64,000 nucleotides of DNA, taken from a virus. The DNA is taken from IMG/VR virus record IMGVR_UViG_3300038760_000073, positions 1-64,000 of that record; one strand, 5' to 3'. Positions 30,807-40,197 of this stretch are shown here, piece after piece. The translations under genes and the position numbers were made by a program. The notes beneath the pieces are model-generated. The model did no database searches. It saw only the letters and a list, made by a program, of their open reading frames with translations, and was not told the origin of the DNA. Within the stretch, counting starts at the first letter, position 1; the number at the start of each line of letters is the position of its first letter.

Positions 30807-30911
30807 TATAGTAATATAATATATCAAATTGAATTTTCAACTATTTTTCTACTAAATTTTAATGTTAATATAATATAACTGAACGAATTTTTCGGTATAA
30901 ATATTATTATA

Positions 30912-31658
30912 TTGAGTAAAAAAACAACTTCTACAAGACGGGAAGGTGTTAACTTTGATAGTAAGGTTAATGACTTTGATGTGAGTATTGACAATAATTG
31001 GATGTTTGGCTTTAAATTAAAAAATCCATTTTACTTTAACGAGAAACATAGCCAATTTTATGAGTGTCTTAAGGATACATCGACAAAAATGGCGTTTGTT
31101 GATGGGCCGGCCGGTACCATGAAAACATATATAGCTGTTTATGCTGCGTTAGAAATGATATATGACGGTCTATTTGATAAGCTTATATATATAAGATCAA
31201 TTGCAGAATCAGCTCAAAAAAGCTTAGGATCTCTACCGGGAGAAGTTGATGATAAGTTCTCACCGTATGCAATGCCATTATTAGAGAAGGTTCAAGAAAT
31301 TACTAATAATAGTACGAGCAATATGCTTAGACAGAAAGGTATTATAGACGCTATCCCGGTAAATTTTGTACGTGGATTAACATTTAATAAATCTATTGTC
31401 ATTGTTGATGAGGCTCAAAATCTTACTATAGGTGAATTAACAACAATTCTTACAAGATTTGGTCGAAATAGTAAATATATTATCGCTGGAGACTGTCAAC
31501 AAGCTGATATCGGTAATAAATCCGGATTTAATACTATCTTTAATAAATTTAATAAAGCTGAAAGTGTTGAAAAGGATATACACTCTTTCAAATTTGGTAA
31601 TTCGGAAATTATGAGAAGTAAAATTCTAAAGTATATATGTGCCACATTAGGTGCATAA
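30912..31658 (+). CDS. phoH: PhoH-family ATPase
   Basis: GPAGTMKT, LGSLPG, RGLTF, DEAQN, GDCQQAD motifs. Confidence 0.93.
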   Translation: MSKKTTSTRREGVNFDSKVNDFDVSIDNNWMFGFKLKNPFYFNEKHSQFYECLKDTSTKMAFVDGPAGTMKTYIAVYAALEMIYDGLFDKLIYIRSIAESAQKSLGSLPGEVDDKFSPYAMPLLEKVQEITNNSTSNMLRQKGIIDAIPVNFVRGLTFNKSIVIVDEAQNLTIGELTTILTRFGRNSKYIIAGDCQQADIGNKSGFNTIFNKFNKAESVEKDIHSFKFGNSEIMRSKILKYICATLGA

Positions 31659-31680
31659 GGCTTTTAATATAAATAACTCT

Positions 31681-31821
31681 ATACAATCCCTACCAGATAA
31701 TCTTAGGGTGGGTGGTGATCTATATTTAAGGGAAACACCTATATCTAAAATATATTCAGCAGATGAGATAAAAGATATGGTTGAGTATGTAGGCGGTAGA
31801 GTTATCACCAACTATAATTGA
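31681..31821 (+). pseudogene. Single-unit leucine-rich-repeat-like mini-ORF or remnant (ATA start)
   Basis: Reads IQSLPDNLRVGGDLYLRETPISK..., 5 nt after TATAAATA (31668-31675). Confidence 0.55.
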
Positions 31822-31833
31822 CAACCATAAATA

Positions 31834-32277
31834 TTAGTTAGCGGCACGATATTTTGCCTTATCAATTTTTTGCTTGAGACCTTCCTCAACATCAATTAAT
31901 TGTTGAGCGGATATTTGAGCTGGAACGCGTTGAGGTTGTTGTATTACCGGGTTAATCGGAGATGGTGCCTCGGTATCGGTATTATTTGCATTAAAACGAT
32001 TTTCAAATATTGCCCCGTTTGTCTCTTCCGGTATATTTACCACCGGCAACGTTGCCGGTTCATTAAAATCCATATCAATTCTAACAACATCCGATTTAAC
32101 AATAGCTAATTGCTTTATCATCTCATCGATCTTTGCATCTTGCAATCTTAAGACAGAATTTATGTCATCAACTTTACTAGACTTTTGCCACATAACTGTA
32201 AAAAACCCCATTATAGGGGTAGCTAATATAATACCTAGTAACGTTGTAATTACGTTATTAATGTTAATTCTTTGCAT
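31834..32277 (-). CDS. Membrane-anchored hypothetical protein
   Basis: N-terminal TM helix plus coiled coil; late promoter. Confidence 0.65.
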   Translation of the reverse strand: MQRININNVITTLLGIILATPIMGFFTVMWQKSSKVDDINSVLRLQDAKIDEMIKQLAIVKSDVVRIDMDFNEPATLPVVNIPEETNGAIFENRFNANNTDTEAPSPINPVIQQPQRVPAQISAQQLIDVEEGLKQKIDKAKYRAAN

Positions 32278-32287
32278 ATATGCATAT

Positions 32288-32938
32288 TTATCCCCAAGTA
32301 GTGCCTTTAAACCAATCTGACTTACCTTGTGTAACGTTATTACCTACTGGGGCAGCTGCCGCGGCCGGGGCAGGATTACGGTTAGTTACTGATGACTCCG
32401 GTGATACGTTCGGTGCTTTTTCTGCAGATATATTATCTTGCACCCCCTCTGATCGCTGATCAGTATACTTATCCCAATCGATTAATTTACTAGTATTTTT
32501 TTCATATGTGGCTGAATTATCATCATGCTCAAATACTTCAACTTTATCAACCCAACACCTACCAGACGTCTCCTTATCTATTATAGGATCAACTAATTTA
32601 TAAATCCATTCAGCGGTTTTTTCGATTCCAACATTATCCATAACTCTAAGATCAATAATTCCACGAGATGATAATTCTTCAAATATATCCATCTCAGGAT
32701 CGTCGCTAGCGACACATGTTGTATGATCAAATTGCTTCTGCAATATCTTTCTAATTTCTTTAAATCCACCAAAATCATAAGACCAGGTCTTATCATCAAG
32801 ATTGCTGCAGCCTATAGTAAATTCTGCTACTAAATTATACCCATGTAATTTGCAGCAGTGGCTGTGAGTAGCTCGCCATTGCCTGAAAGCACATGACCCT
32901 AGTGTTATACGTTTCTTTGATGTATGCTTATGACTCAT
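32288..32938 (-). CDS. queD: 6-carboxytetrahydropterin synthase
   Basis: HSHCCKLHGY, DFGG, FDHT, VFEHDDNSA motifs; disordered C-terminal tail. Confidence 0.9.
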   Translation of the reverse strand: MSHKHTSKKRITLGSCAFRQWRATHSHCCKLHGYNLVAEFTIGCSNLDDKTWSYDFGGFKEIRKILQKQFDHTTCVASDDPEMDIFEELSSRGIIDLRVMDNVGIEKTAEWIYKLVDPIIDKETSGRCWVDKVEVFEHDDNSATYEKNTSKLIDWDKYTDQRSEGVQDNISAEKAPNVSPESSVTNRNPAPAAAAAPVGNNVTQGKSDWFKGTTWG

Positions 32939-33114
32939 AATATTATTATAATATCTATATATATCTAAATCAACTATAAATTTACCTAATCACAGATACG
33001 CTAGACGGTCAGTTAATTAGGTTTTTCTTACTACCTATAGTCCATTTATTAAGTCTAGATCCAATTGCAACTGTCGCGAGGGTACATTAATTTAGCCAAT
33101 TTTCAAAAATATCA

Positions 33115-33142
33115 TTGACTTATTAAAAATATACATTATCAT
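33115..33142 (+). promoter_or_regulatory. Sigma70-type promoter of folE
   Basis: TTGACT-N16-TATCAT-N6-ATG. Confidence 0.7.
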
Positions 33143-33148
33143 TATATA

Positions 33149-33805
33149 ATGAGTGATCAAACTGCAATATTACCAACAGCTAGTAGTTCTCATCCAAGAA
33201 CATATGAGGAAAAACAAATTATAATTAAAAATGCAGCTGCAGCTTACGAAAAATATTTAGATGCATTAGGTTTTGATTGGAGGAACGATCCTAACTCTGA
33301 TAATACACCTATGCGTGTTGCAAAGGCATTTGTTAATGATATTGCTGCGGGGTGTTATAGTGATCCTCCGGAGGTGACTGTATTTCCAAGTGATGGGTAT
33401 GATGGTATTGTAGCTCAGACAGGTATACCTATTGTGAGCCTATGCTCACATCATCATATGTCATTCACTGGTGTAGCTCATGTAGCTTATATTCCCTCTA
33501 TAGATGGTAAGGTCGTTGGCCTATCTAAGCTTAATAGAATTGTTGAGTATTATGCAAGACGACCACAAGTTCAGGAACTCTTAACCATGCAAGTATCAAA
33601 AGCAATTGATGACATATGTGAAAATAATAGAGGAACTGCCCTAGTCATTAAAGCTCAACATACATGTGCATGTAACAGGGGTATTAAGCATCAAGGATGT
33701 GCTATGGTAACTAGTAAGTTGACTGGTGACTTTATGGATGATAATAAAACTAGGACAGAATTTTATAAGTTTGTAGATATGTGGGAAGCTAGCGCAAATC
33801 GATAA
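33149..33805 (+). CDS. folE: GTP cyclohydrolase I
   Basis: TPMRVAK, SLCSHH, GLSKLNR, RPQVQE, HTCACNRG motifs. Confidence 0.95.
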   Translation: MSDQTAILPTASSSHPRTYEEKQIIIKNAAAAYEKYLDALGFDWRNDPNSDNTPMRVAKAFVNDIAAGCYSDPPEVTVFPSDGYDGIVAQTGIPIVSLCSHHHMSFTGVAHVAYIPSIDGKVVGLSKLNRIVEYYARRPQVQELLTMQVSKAIDDICENNRGTALVIKAQHTCACNRGIKHQGCAMVTSKLTGDFMDDNKTRTEFYKFVDMWEASANR

Positions 33806-33860
33806 CCCCCACGTAAATCGGCTGATTGTATACTAGAAGGAAATTATATATAATATAGTT

Positions 33861-34394
33861 ATGAATATATTTGTAACTGATAATGACCCGATTCAAGCTG
33901 CTAAGAACTTATGTGATCAGCACGTACGTAGTAAAATGCAAATTGAGGGAGCTATTATGTTGGCTCATGCATTTTCACAGGAAATTCTTAATGATCCATC
34001 AACACCTAGAACATCCACCGGGAATCCGAGAAAAAGGGGTAAAGGTTATTATAAGCATCAATGCTCTATATGGGCTAGAGAGTCTATAGATAACTTTAAA
34101 TGGCTAGCTGAGCATACTTTAGAAATGTTTACTGAGCGGATGTATAGGTGGCCTGATTCAAAGGAGCATTACACTAAAACATTTATTGAATGGTGTATAG
34201 ATAATATTGATAAGACATTAATTAAAGATATACCGCTAACATCCTATGCTGTCGCTATTAATGATGAATGTGAGTGTCGCAAGACCGTTAAAGCATTTAA
34301 CAGCTTATCAGTTATTGATCAATATAGACATTATATTAAACTAGATAAAAAATTCGCTACATGGACTAAGCGAGAAGCGCCTAGCTGGTTTTAG
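33861..34394 (+). CDS. denV: Pyrimidine dimer DNA glycosylase (endonuclease V-like)
   Basis: MNIFVTD..CDQHV..KM..E, HQCSIWARES, YRHY..K..ATW pattern. Confidence 0.8.
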   Translation: MNIFVTDNDPIQAAKNLCDQHVRSKMQIEGAIMLAHAFSQEILNDPSTPRTSTGNPRKRGKGYYKHQCSIWARESIDNFKWLAEHTLEMFTERMYRWPDSKEHYTKTFIEWCIDNIDKTLIKDIPLTSYAVAINDECECRKTVKAFNSLSVIDQYRHYIKLDKKFATWTKREAPSWF

Positions 34395-34831
34395 GCATCA
34401 ACCTCTAAATTATCACCAGCAATATTTTCTGCACTAACATCAATTAGTGCATCTAATTCCCGTTCAATAAACTGTTTTCCAACCAATATCTTATAAATAT
34501 TGGTAGATCTATTGCCAATAGAAAATGGCACATTTGAGAATAATTTATCACCAACTTTGACGTCAAACTCAACAACAGGTCGATGTTCAGTATTACCAGC
34601 ACCAACATTAATTGTTACCTCACCGGTTTTATCTTTCAATAGTGTCTTACCGTTAACAGTTCTAAAAAACACCTTAGAGCCCTGCTCTTGCAAGTCCTCT
34701 CCATGGAGAACATTGTAAGCACCGTTACCAGAATCAAGCTTTGCTGGTACTATACCAATACCCTCTATATCAAAGAACTCAATTAAGCCTAAGATTACCC
34801 TTTCTTCAAAATATTGTTTAAACTTTACCAT
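34391..34831 (-). CDS. Retropepsin-like protease (RimK-associated/RimB-like) with putative capsid-targeting N-terminus
   Basis: AKLDSGN, RPVV, NRS..ILVG motifs; N-terminus MVKFKQYFEE. Confidence 0.8.
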   Translation of the reverse strand: MVKFKQYFEERVILGLIEFFDIEGIGIVPAKLDSGNGAYNVLHGEDLQEQGSKVFFRTVNGKTLLKDKTGEVTINVGAGNTEHRPVVEFDVKVGDKLFSNVPFSIGNRSTNIYKILVGKQFIERELDALIDVSAENIAGDNLEVDA

Positions 34832-34842
34832 GGTAATTACTG

Positions 34843-35232
34843 TTAATAATTTTCTGAATCTTCACTATGGTTAGGTACATCCTTATTTTCATCGTAATCT
34901 AACCAATGATAAACGGATGATAAATAATCAGATGCTTTAGTAATTTTTGCTGCCGTCCACCCCTCTAAACTATTTGCTGATTTGAGCATATTTTCTAACT
35001 CACTAGCATACTCTATAGTTTTTTTAAGTTCGGATAATGCCATATGAATTTCAGAAGAATCATGCTCCTCATGAGAACATTTTTTATCACCACTATACTC
35101 TTGATCTGAATGTTGTTTATTATTATCTGTATTAATACCTACGACAATATCATCTTTAACCGGTATACCGACTTGAGTCATATATGCTTCTGAAAGTAAA
35201 TCTTTATCCTTACCCCAATTGTTATGCTGCAT
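34843..35232 (-). CDS. Putative internal head protein
   Basis: DLLSEAY; LEGWTAAKITKASDYLSSVYHWL motif; late promoter. Confidence 0.6.
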   Translation of the reverse strand: MQHNNWGKDKDLLSEAYMTQVGIPVKDDIVVGINTDNNKQHSDQEYSGDKKCSHEEHDSSEIHMALSELKKTIEYASELENMLKSANSLEGWTAAKITKASDYLSSVYHWLDYDENKDVPNHSEDSENY

Positions 35233-35326
35233 AACAATATTTATGCTAAATTATAATACTCTCATACCTTTTAGCACTTTAGGTATTATTAATTAAGAAT
35301 AACACTCTACCACCCTACCACTTCTA

Positions 35327-35719
35327 TCACCAAGATTTGCAAGCCCAGTAACCTGCTGTCAACTTACTCTTTTTTTGATCACACTTATGTCTAGCTCTAA
35401 ATGATTTACGAGCTTTAGGATTACTCTTGCGTATTTTCATCGTCTTTTCACCCCGCTTTTTTGCAGATGTACCACCGTGACCAAAATTGACTTTCTTTAC
35501 ATTCCCAGTCTTTGGATCTTTAACATATACCTTAAACTTCTTAACATCTCCCCTGGTAGGCTTATTTAAGGTAACCTTGCGCCCCTGATACTCAGCATCC
35601 TCTTCCGGTAATCCACGACCAGGGAAATCTAACGACTCTGCCATATTTTGAATACCTATTTCAGAAATATCATCTGTTGTTGTTTCTAGTTGCTCAAAAT
35701 ATTCTTTAAAGGTTTTCAT
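35327..35719 (-). CDS. Conserved T4-like phage basic protein (DUF6321-like), putative internal head protein
   Basis: KKFKVYVKDP..VNFG..RKSFRARHKC..GYWAC; N-terminus MKTFKEYFEQ. Confidence 0.75.
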   Translation of the reverse strand: MKTFKEYFEQLETTTDDISEIGIQNMAESLDFPGRGLPEEDAEYQGRKVTLNKPTRGDVKKFKVYVKDPKTGNVKKVNFGHGGTSAKKRGEKTMKIRKSNPKARKSFRARHKCDQKKSKLTAGYWACKSW

Positions 35720-35778
35720 ATGTATTTTAACTATTGCTTAAATTGTTTTATAGTAACTACTATAAACTAAGAATATGG

Positions 35779-36087
35779 TCAAGCACCCTCGCCATCCTCG
35801 GCACCGGTATTAAACATACTATTACCTTGACCGGTCGTACCTGCCCCTAATTTACTAAGTACATCTGCTAATTGTGCTATTAATTCTGCAGCACGTGCTT
35901 GTAAATCACCTGATTGATCTAGATCATCACAGCAACATTCATCACAATTACCACATGTGCAGCTTTGAGGCTCTTGCGAACAACCACCAGCTATACCGGT
36001 ATCGATCTCAGTTACAGCTAATTCTGTAGGAGCAATGCTCTGCATATATGTTTCAGCAATTAAATCCATAGTGGGGTTGTTCTTCAT
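35779..36087 (-). CDS. Cys-rich hypothetical protein
   Basis: Start at MKNNP after TAAATA-N5; CTCGNCDECCC cluster. Confidence 0.6.
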   Translation of the reverse strand: MKNNPTMDLIAETYMQSIAPTELAVTEIDTGIAGGCSQEPQSCTCGNCDECCCDDLDQSGDLQARAAELIAQLADVLSKLGAGTTGQGNSMFNTGAEDGEGA

Positions 36088-36091
36088 AATG

Positions 36092-36640
36092 TTATTTATT
36101 GATAATAATCGATTTAACTGCTTCTTTATCTGTCTCAGACATGTCATCCGGTGTAAAATAGCTAATAGCCTCGTCAATATCACTATTAATGAGATGTCTA
36201 GTCTTAGTTCCGGATATACCTTCTGATTGAATTGGTATTTTTGCGATATTTACTAGTGGATATTTTTCAATATTTTTATTAAAACCATCATATCGCTTAA
36301 TATCTTCATCTTTAGCACCAGCACCAACAATAATACCGGTATGTTTATTATTATATGCAAATGCATATACAGATCTAACAGGGCTAACAGCTGATATATG
36401 AGTCTCGATAGGCTTTCCTAGGTATTTTGAGTATATTTCCCATATAGCCTTTGATTGTTCGGCTGTAATACCATCTCTTTCCTTCTTACCAATAAAAATA
36501 ATGCCTTTATCTGCACTATCTAAAATATATTTGAAGGCTTTAAAGTGTCCCTTAGTTGGTGGTTTAAAGCCACCGGGGAATAATGCAATATTCTCTGCTG
36601 GTCCCTGAACTTGTTCAAAATACTGTTTAAAATTTTTCAT
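36092..36640 (-). CDS. HxGH-family (cytidylyltransferase-like) nucleotidyltransferase
   Basis: PGGFKPPTKGH and ISGTKTR motifs; N-terminus MKNFKQYFEQ. Confidence 0.82.
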   Translation of the reverse strand: MKNFKQYFEQVQGPAENIALFPGGFKPPTKGHFKAFKYILDSADKGIIFIGKKERDGITAEQSKAIWEIYSKYLGKPIETHISAVSPVRSVYAFAYNNKHTGIIVGAGAKDEDIKRYDGFNKNIEKYPLVNIAKIPIQSEGISGTKTRHLINSDIDEAISYFTPDDMSETDKEAVKSIIINK

Positions 36641-37860
36641 TACTTAGTTATTGGTGTACTGGTTTGGCCTCCGGAGAAGTTTGCTCTACTAAACTCGAGT
36701 CTATCTACTAGCTTAACAGCGTTACCATCTCTACTGATGCTAACATATCCTTCAGGCGCAGTAACCTTAAGCGTCCCATCACCAGCATCTAGAAAATGCT
36801 TTGTTTTATATACTGCATTATTATATTTGTTAATAAATATCTGTTTTGCTTGTGAGATTAACTTACTAACCTTAAACACATTTACTATATCTTGTTCATT
36901 ACTCTCTATCTCTGAGAGTTTTTTCTTAAAACTCTCTTTAACTCGCTCTTTACCTTTAATACTCTTTCGTTTATCTATTTCCTTAGACATTCTATTTTTA
37001 ATCCATAGAACAAAATTTGCATATGATTCATCAGCATTTTCTAAAAATTTACCACCTTTAATCTCAGAATTTGTATATATATTGAGTAAATCTAGGGGAA
37101 GATCTTTATATTTAACTTTAATTGAGTCAGCAGTCTTAACATAATCCTTTACCTGCTTGACTTCATCAGTTGTTAATGTAACAACCCCTGTATCATCTTT
37201 AAAAAATGCATCATCTACCCACACACCAGGTACCTTGTTAAGTTTATTAACTTTAGCTCCAAAATTAGCTCCACTTTCTAGATCATTGTATTCAGTATGA
37301 AAAATAATGCCAAATACTGAACTACTAATAGATTTACCTAGATCTGAATCCGCTTCCACTGCATATTTTATAGTATTTGGCTTAAATGTATAGTGCATCA
37401 CCCCATCAATATTTTCTTTTGCTAATGTTGATGAATCAAACATAAAATCACCCTGTAGTATGTTTTTAATACCAAGTTTGGGTAGGTATTTGAGAGCCTT
37501 CTTAAGTTTATCTGCTAGACCAGGTGCATGTCCATGATTTAACTCAACATCATTATCAGTATAGTTAATTTTGGGGTCTCTATTAAAAATAGATTTGGTA
37601 CCTACAAAAAATTTACCTGTATCTGGGTGCCTCCCTACAAACATTGCGGGCGCGCCATCCCACTTAACTGTGGTACCAACCTTTCGTTTACTTTTGCCTT
37701 GTAAGTGTGATAGTAGGTCTGTTATAAAGCCTCTAGCTGTTGTGTATCCTTGCTCTCCCTTAGTTAGAACAAGTTCTTCCAGGTGGGTTAAGTGTGTGTT
37801 AGCTTTAGTTGCCTCCTCAATGAGCTTGTAAGCTTCAAAATATTGTTTATATGTTTTCAT
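36640..37860 (-). CDS. DUF6267-like protein with RNA-ligase-type nucleotidyltransferase motifs
   Basis: NTHLTHLEE, TVKWDG (motif I), QGDF, EGYV, VKLVDRLEFS; N-terminus MKTYKQYFEA. Confidence 0.75.
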   Translation of the reverse strand: MKTYKQYFEAYKLIEEATKANTHLTHLEELVLTKGEQGYTTARGFITDLLSHLQGKSKRKVGTTVKWDGAPAMFVGRHPDTGKFFVGTKSIFNRDPKINYTDNDVELNHGHAPGLADKLKKALKYLPKLGIKNILQGDFMFDSSTLAKENIDGVMHYTFKPNTIKYAVEADSDLGKSISSSVFGIIFHTEYNDLESGANFGAKVNKLNKVPGVWVDDAFFKDDTGVVTLTTDEVKQVKDYVKTADSIKVKYKDLPLDLLNIYTNSEIKGGKFLENADESYANFVLWIKNRMSKEIDKRKSIKGKERVKESFKKKLSEIESNEQDIVNVFKVSKLISQAKQIFINKYNNAVYKTKHFLDAGDGTLKVTAPEGYVSISRDGNAVKLVDRLEFSRANFSGGQTSTPITK

Positions 37861-39035
37861 TAGTTGATTAGTTTCATTCCACCCACTTCTTTTGCAGCAC
37901 CTGAGGCTGTTGTGCTACTACCAGGAAAGTACCCATAAACACCGTCACCGTCTATTCTAAATTTAATTAACTCTTGATCAATAGCTTGATTAATAATTTC
38001 TTGACTCTTTACATTGATGTAATTAGCTTTACTCCATGTACCCTCAGCAAACCTAGCAGGTCCTGTTCCGGATGCTTTCATACCATGCTGATATACTCCT
38101 AACCATATATCAAACTTATGGCCCCCTTCACCCATATTTTCATCATCTGGTGAACCGTTTCCATAAGCGTGCAGTAAACGACCACACATATGCTGTATTC
38201 GTACATTAATACCCGGGTATTTATTAACGATTTCTTCTAAGACTGTCCTTGTTAGACCTTTCTTACAAAAATCACTGCTCCAAGTACTTGTATTAATACC
38301 ATCGAGAGTATAACTATCATCCTCTGCTTCACCTGCTTTCAACCCACCATAATTCGCTATTTGTTCAATTTTTACTCTATCATCAGCAAATCCCCTACCA
38401 CGCGCACTTATAATCCTACCTAGACCTGTTTTTAATTCTATACTAGTATTACCTATCTGTAAATCACCAACGCTACCCTTTTTAGCTTCAGTTAAAAGAG
38501 CTAAAGCTAATTCTCCATTACCGACACTTACGTTACCTTCTTTAAAATCTCGCGCCCAAAGCATGTTATAAAACTTTAAATGATCTTCTACCGGCAAAAA
38601 CATCTCAAGCTGAGGCTTACATATACTATATAATTCCATACTACCTACCTTAGTAGTAAATTCAGGTAACAATACATTAAGGTTGTCTTTTTTATCAACC
38701 AGCTCTCTTAATCCGTCGTAATTAGCATTATTAAACTCTTGAAATAATAGTTTTAAGAACCGATCTTCTGTTTCAAAACCACTCTTTTCTGCTAGTTTTT
38801 GAATAATTTTATAATCCTCTTTAAGTATAAAGGATCCTTCAGCCTTACCTTGTAAATAATCAGCTACTCTAAATGCTGTCTTATCACTTATACCTTCAAG
38901 TGTTTGAGGTTTACCCTCATCATACTCAAAAGTAATCTTTGCTTCCCCATATACGCTTAAATGTCCACGTGGAGGTACTTCTTTACCTCTCACCTGATCA
39001 TATAAACTTGCTAAAGATCTTCTACTATAATTCAT
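37860..39035 (-). CDS. Hypothetical protein with PD-(D/E)xK nuclease-like motif
   Basis: GNGELAL...GDLQIGNTSIELKT. Confidence 0.55.
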   Translation of the reverse strand: MNYSRRSLASLYDQVRGKEVPPRGHLSVYGEAKITFEYDEGKPQTLEGISDKTAFRVADYLQGKAEGSFILKEDYKIIQKLAEKSGFETEDRFLKLLFQEFNNANYDGLRELVDKKDNLNVLLPEFTTKVGSMELYSICKPQLEMFLPVEDHLKFYNMLWARDFKEGNVSVGNGELALALLTEAKKGSVGDLQIGNTSIELKTGLGRIISARGRGFADDRVKIEQIANYGGLKAGEAEDDSYTLDGINTSTWSSDFCKKGLTRTVLEEIVNKYPGINVRIQHMCGRLLHAYGNGSPDDENMGEGGHKFDIWLGVYQHGMKASGTGPARFAEGTWSKANYINVKSQEIINQAIDQELIKFRIDGDGVYGYFPGSSTTASGAAKEVGGMKLIN

Positions 39036-39367
39036 GATCCAATATCTGTAATTTTATCTAGTTCTCTTTGTGTGTCAACAGGACTGATCTCTAAAAAGTT
39101 CTCAATAGTCTCAATAACTTCTTTTGGTTTATCATTTAATATTAATGACTGCAGCTCATTTACAATTTTACTCTCACTATCATCTGGTATATGTAAGAAT
39201 GCCTTGACAGCTAAATTAATTAAGAATTTTTCACCCTCTGATGTTAATGGTATAGGTGTCTCAGGGACAGGCTGTTCACTAATATCCGTAGCATCAGGCA
39301 TGTCTGGAGCTCCATCCTGTTCATTAATCTGTTTTAAATACTGTGTAATTAACTTGAGTGTTTTCAT
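39032..39367 (-). CDS. Hypothetical acidic protein
   Basis: Coupled ORF in the late operon. Confidence 0.65.
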   Translation of the reverse strand: MKTLKLITQYLKQINEQDGAPDMPDATDISEQPVPETPIPLTSEGEKFLINLAVKAFLHIPDDSESKIVNELQSLILNDKPKEVIETIENFLEISPVDTQRELDKITDIGS

Positions 39368-39705
39368 ATTTCAATCTTCTTTGCGGCTTTAACGAGTTTA
39401 TCTGCTAACTGTCTTTTAGCACTCTGAACTTTCCTTGCTGTTGAGCTCATCACCTGCTTACCTAGTTTTTGATCGGGTATAGACAAAACAGCTGCAGCTG
39501 TTTCTACTGTTTTGTCTATATCAGATTCTTGCTCTTCTTCTGGATGAACAGAGTTTTTAAGCTTACTAAATATATCCCACGCAAATTCAGTACCACTTAC
39601 ATCAACGCTATCGATAACCTCGCCGGTTGCTGTTTGTAATACAATACTATAATTACCCCGTTCTGGATTATTTTCCTCAACTAATTCGAGAAATTTACTA
39701 CTCAT
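39364..39705 (-). CDS. Hypothetical protein
   Basis: First gene after the late promoter at 39712-39717; N-terminus SKFLELVEE. Confidence 0.65.
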   Translation of the reverse strand: MSSKFLELVEENNPERGNYSIVLQTATGEVIDSVDVSGTEFAWDIFSKLKNSVHPEEEQESDIDKTVETAAAVLSIPDQKLGKQVMSSTARKVQSAKRQLADKLVKAAKKIEI

Positions 39706-39714
39706 GTATAATAT

Positions 39715-40185
39715 TTATGGTAGTAGAGATCGTTTTATGTTTATATTGCTTTTAAATTTTTTCTCTAACGCCTGTAACTTGTATCTACGAAGTAAATTAA
39801 AAAATCTCTGAAAGTTGGCAGTTGAAATATCCGTATCGTTAAAAGCAATATAGTCTCGCTCTGTCAAAAAATTCTCAAACTCATACACATCATATGTAAT
39901 ATTTGATGGTAAAGTATTAAAAATCCGCTTTACCAATCTTGACTCAATACTATCTGTGGTCTTGTAGTAAAACCACTTTTTAGAACCTACCTTAGAGCAT
40001 ACATTTAACAATTGGTTAATAATAAAATGTAATCCTAACTTATTTTTATCCGCTCTAGATAAGGTCAATTCATTCTCAGTTATATATAAAATATATTCTT
40101 TAAAAGAATTATTTAAATAGTGGTTAAGATTTATAAACGTAATATCCCTCTTTTGATCCTTAAAGTTGCTTACAGATAAGCTCAT
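39715..40185 (-). CDS. Hypothetical protein
   Basis: 156-aa ORF with no recognised motif. Confidence 0.6.
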   Translation of the reverse strand: MSLSVSNFKDQKRDITFINLNHYLNNSFKEYILYITENELTLSRADKNKLGLHFIINQLLNVCSKVGSKKWFYYKTTDSIESRLVKRIFNTLPSNITYDVYEFENFLTERDYIAFNDTDISTANFQRFFNLLRRYKLQALEKKFKSNINIKRSLLP

Positions 40186-40197
40186 ATTATATACTGA

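Noticed and set aside
32940-33110. ncRNA between queD and folE
   Set aside because: No convincing structure by eye; the region is partly explained by divergent promoters.
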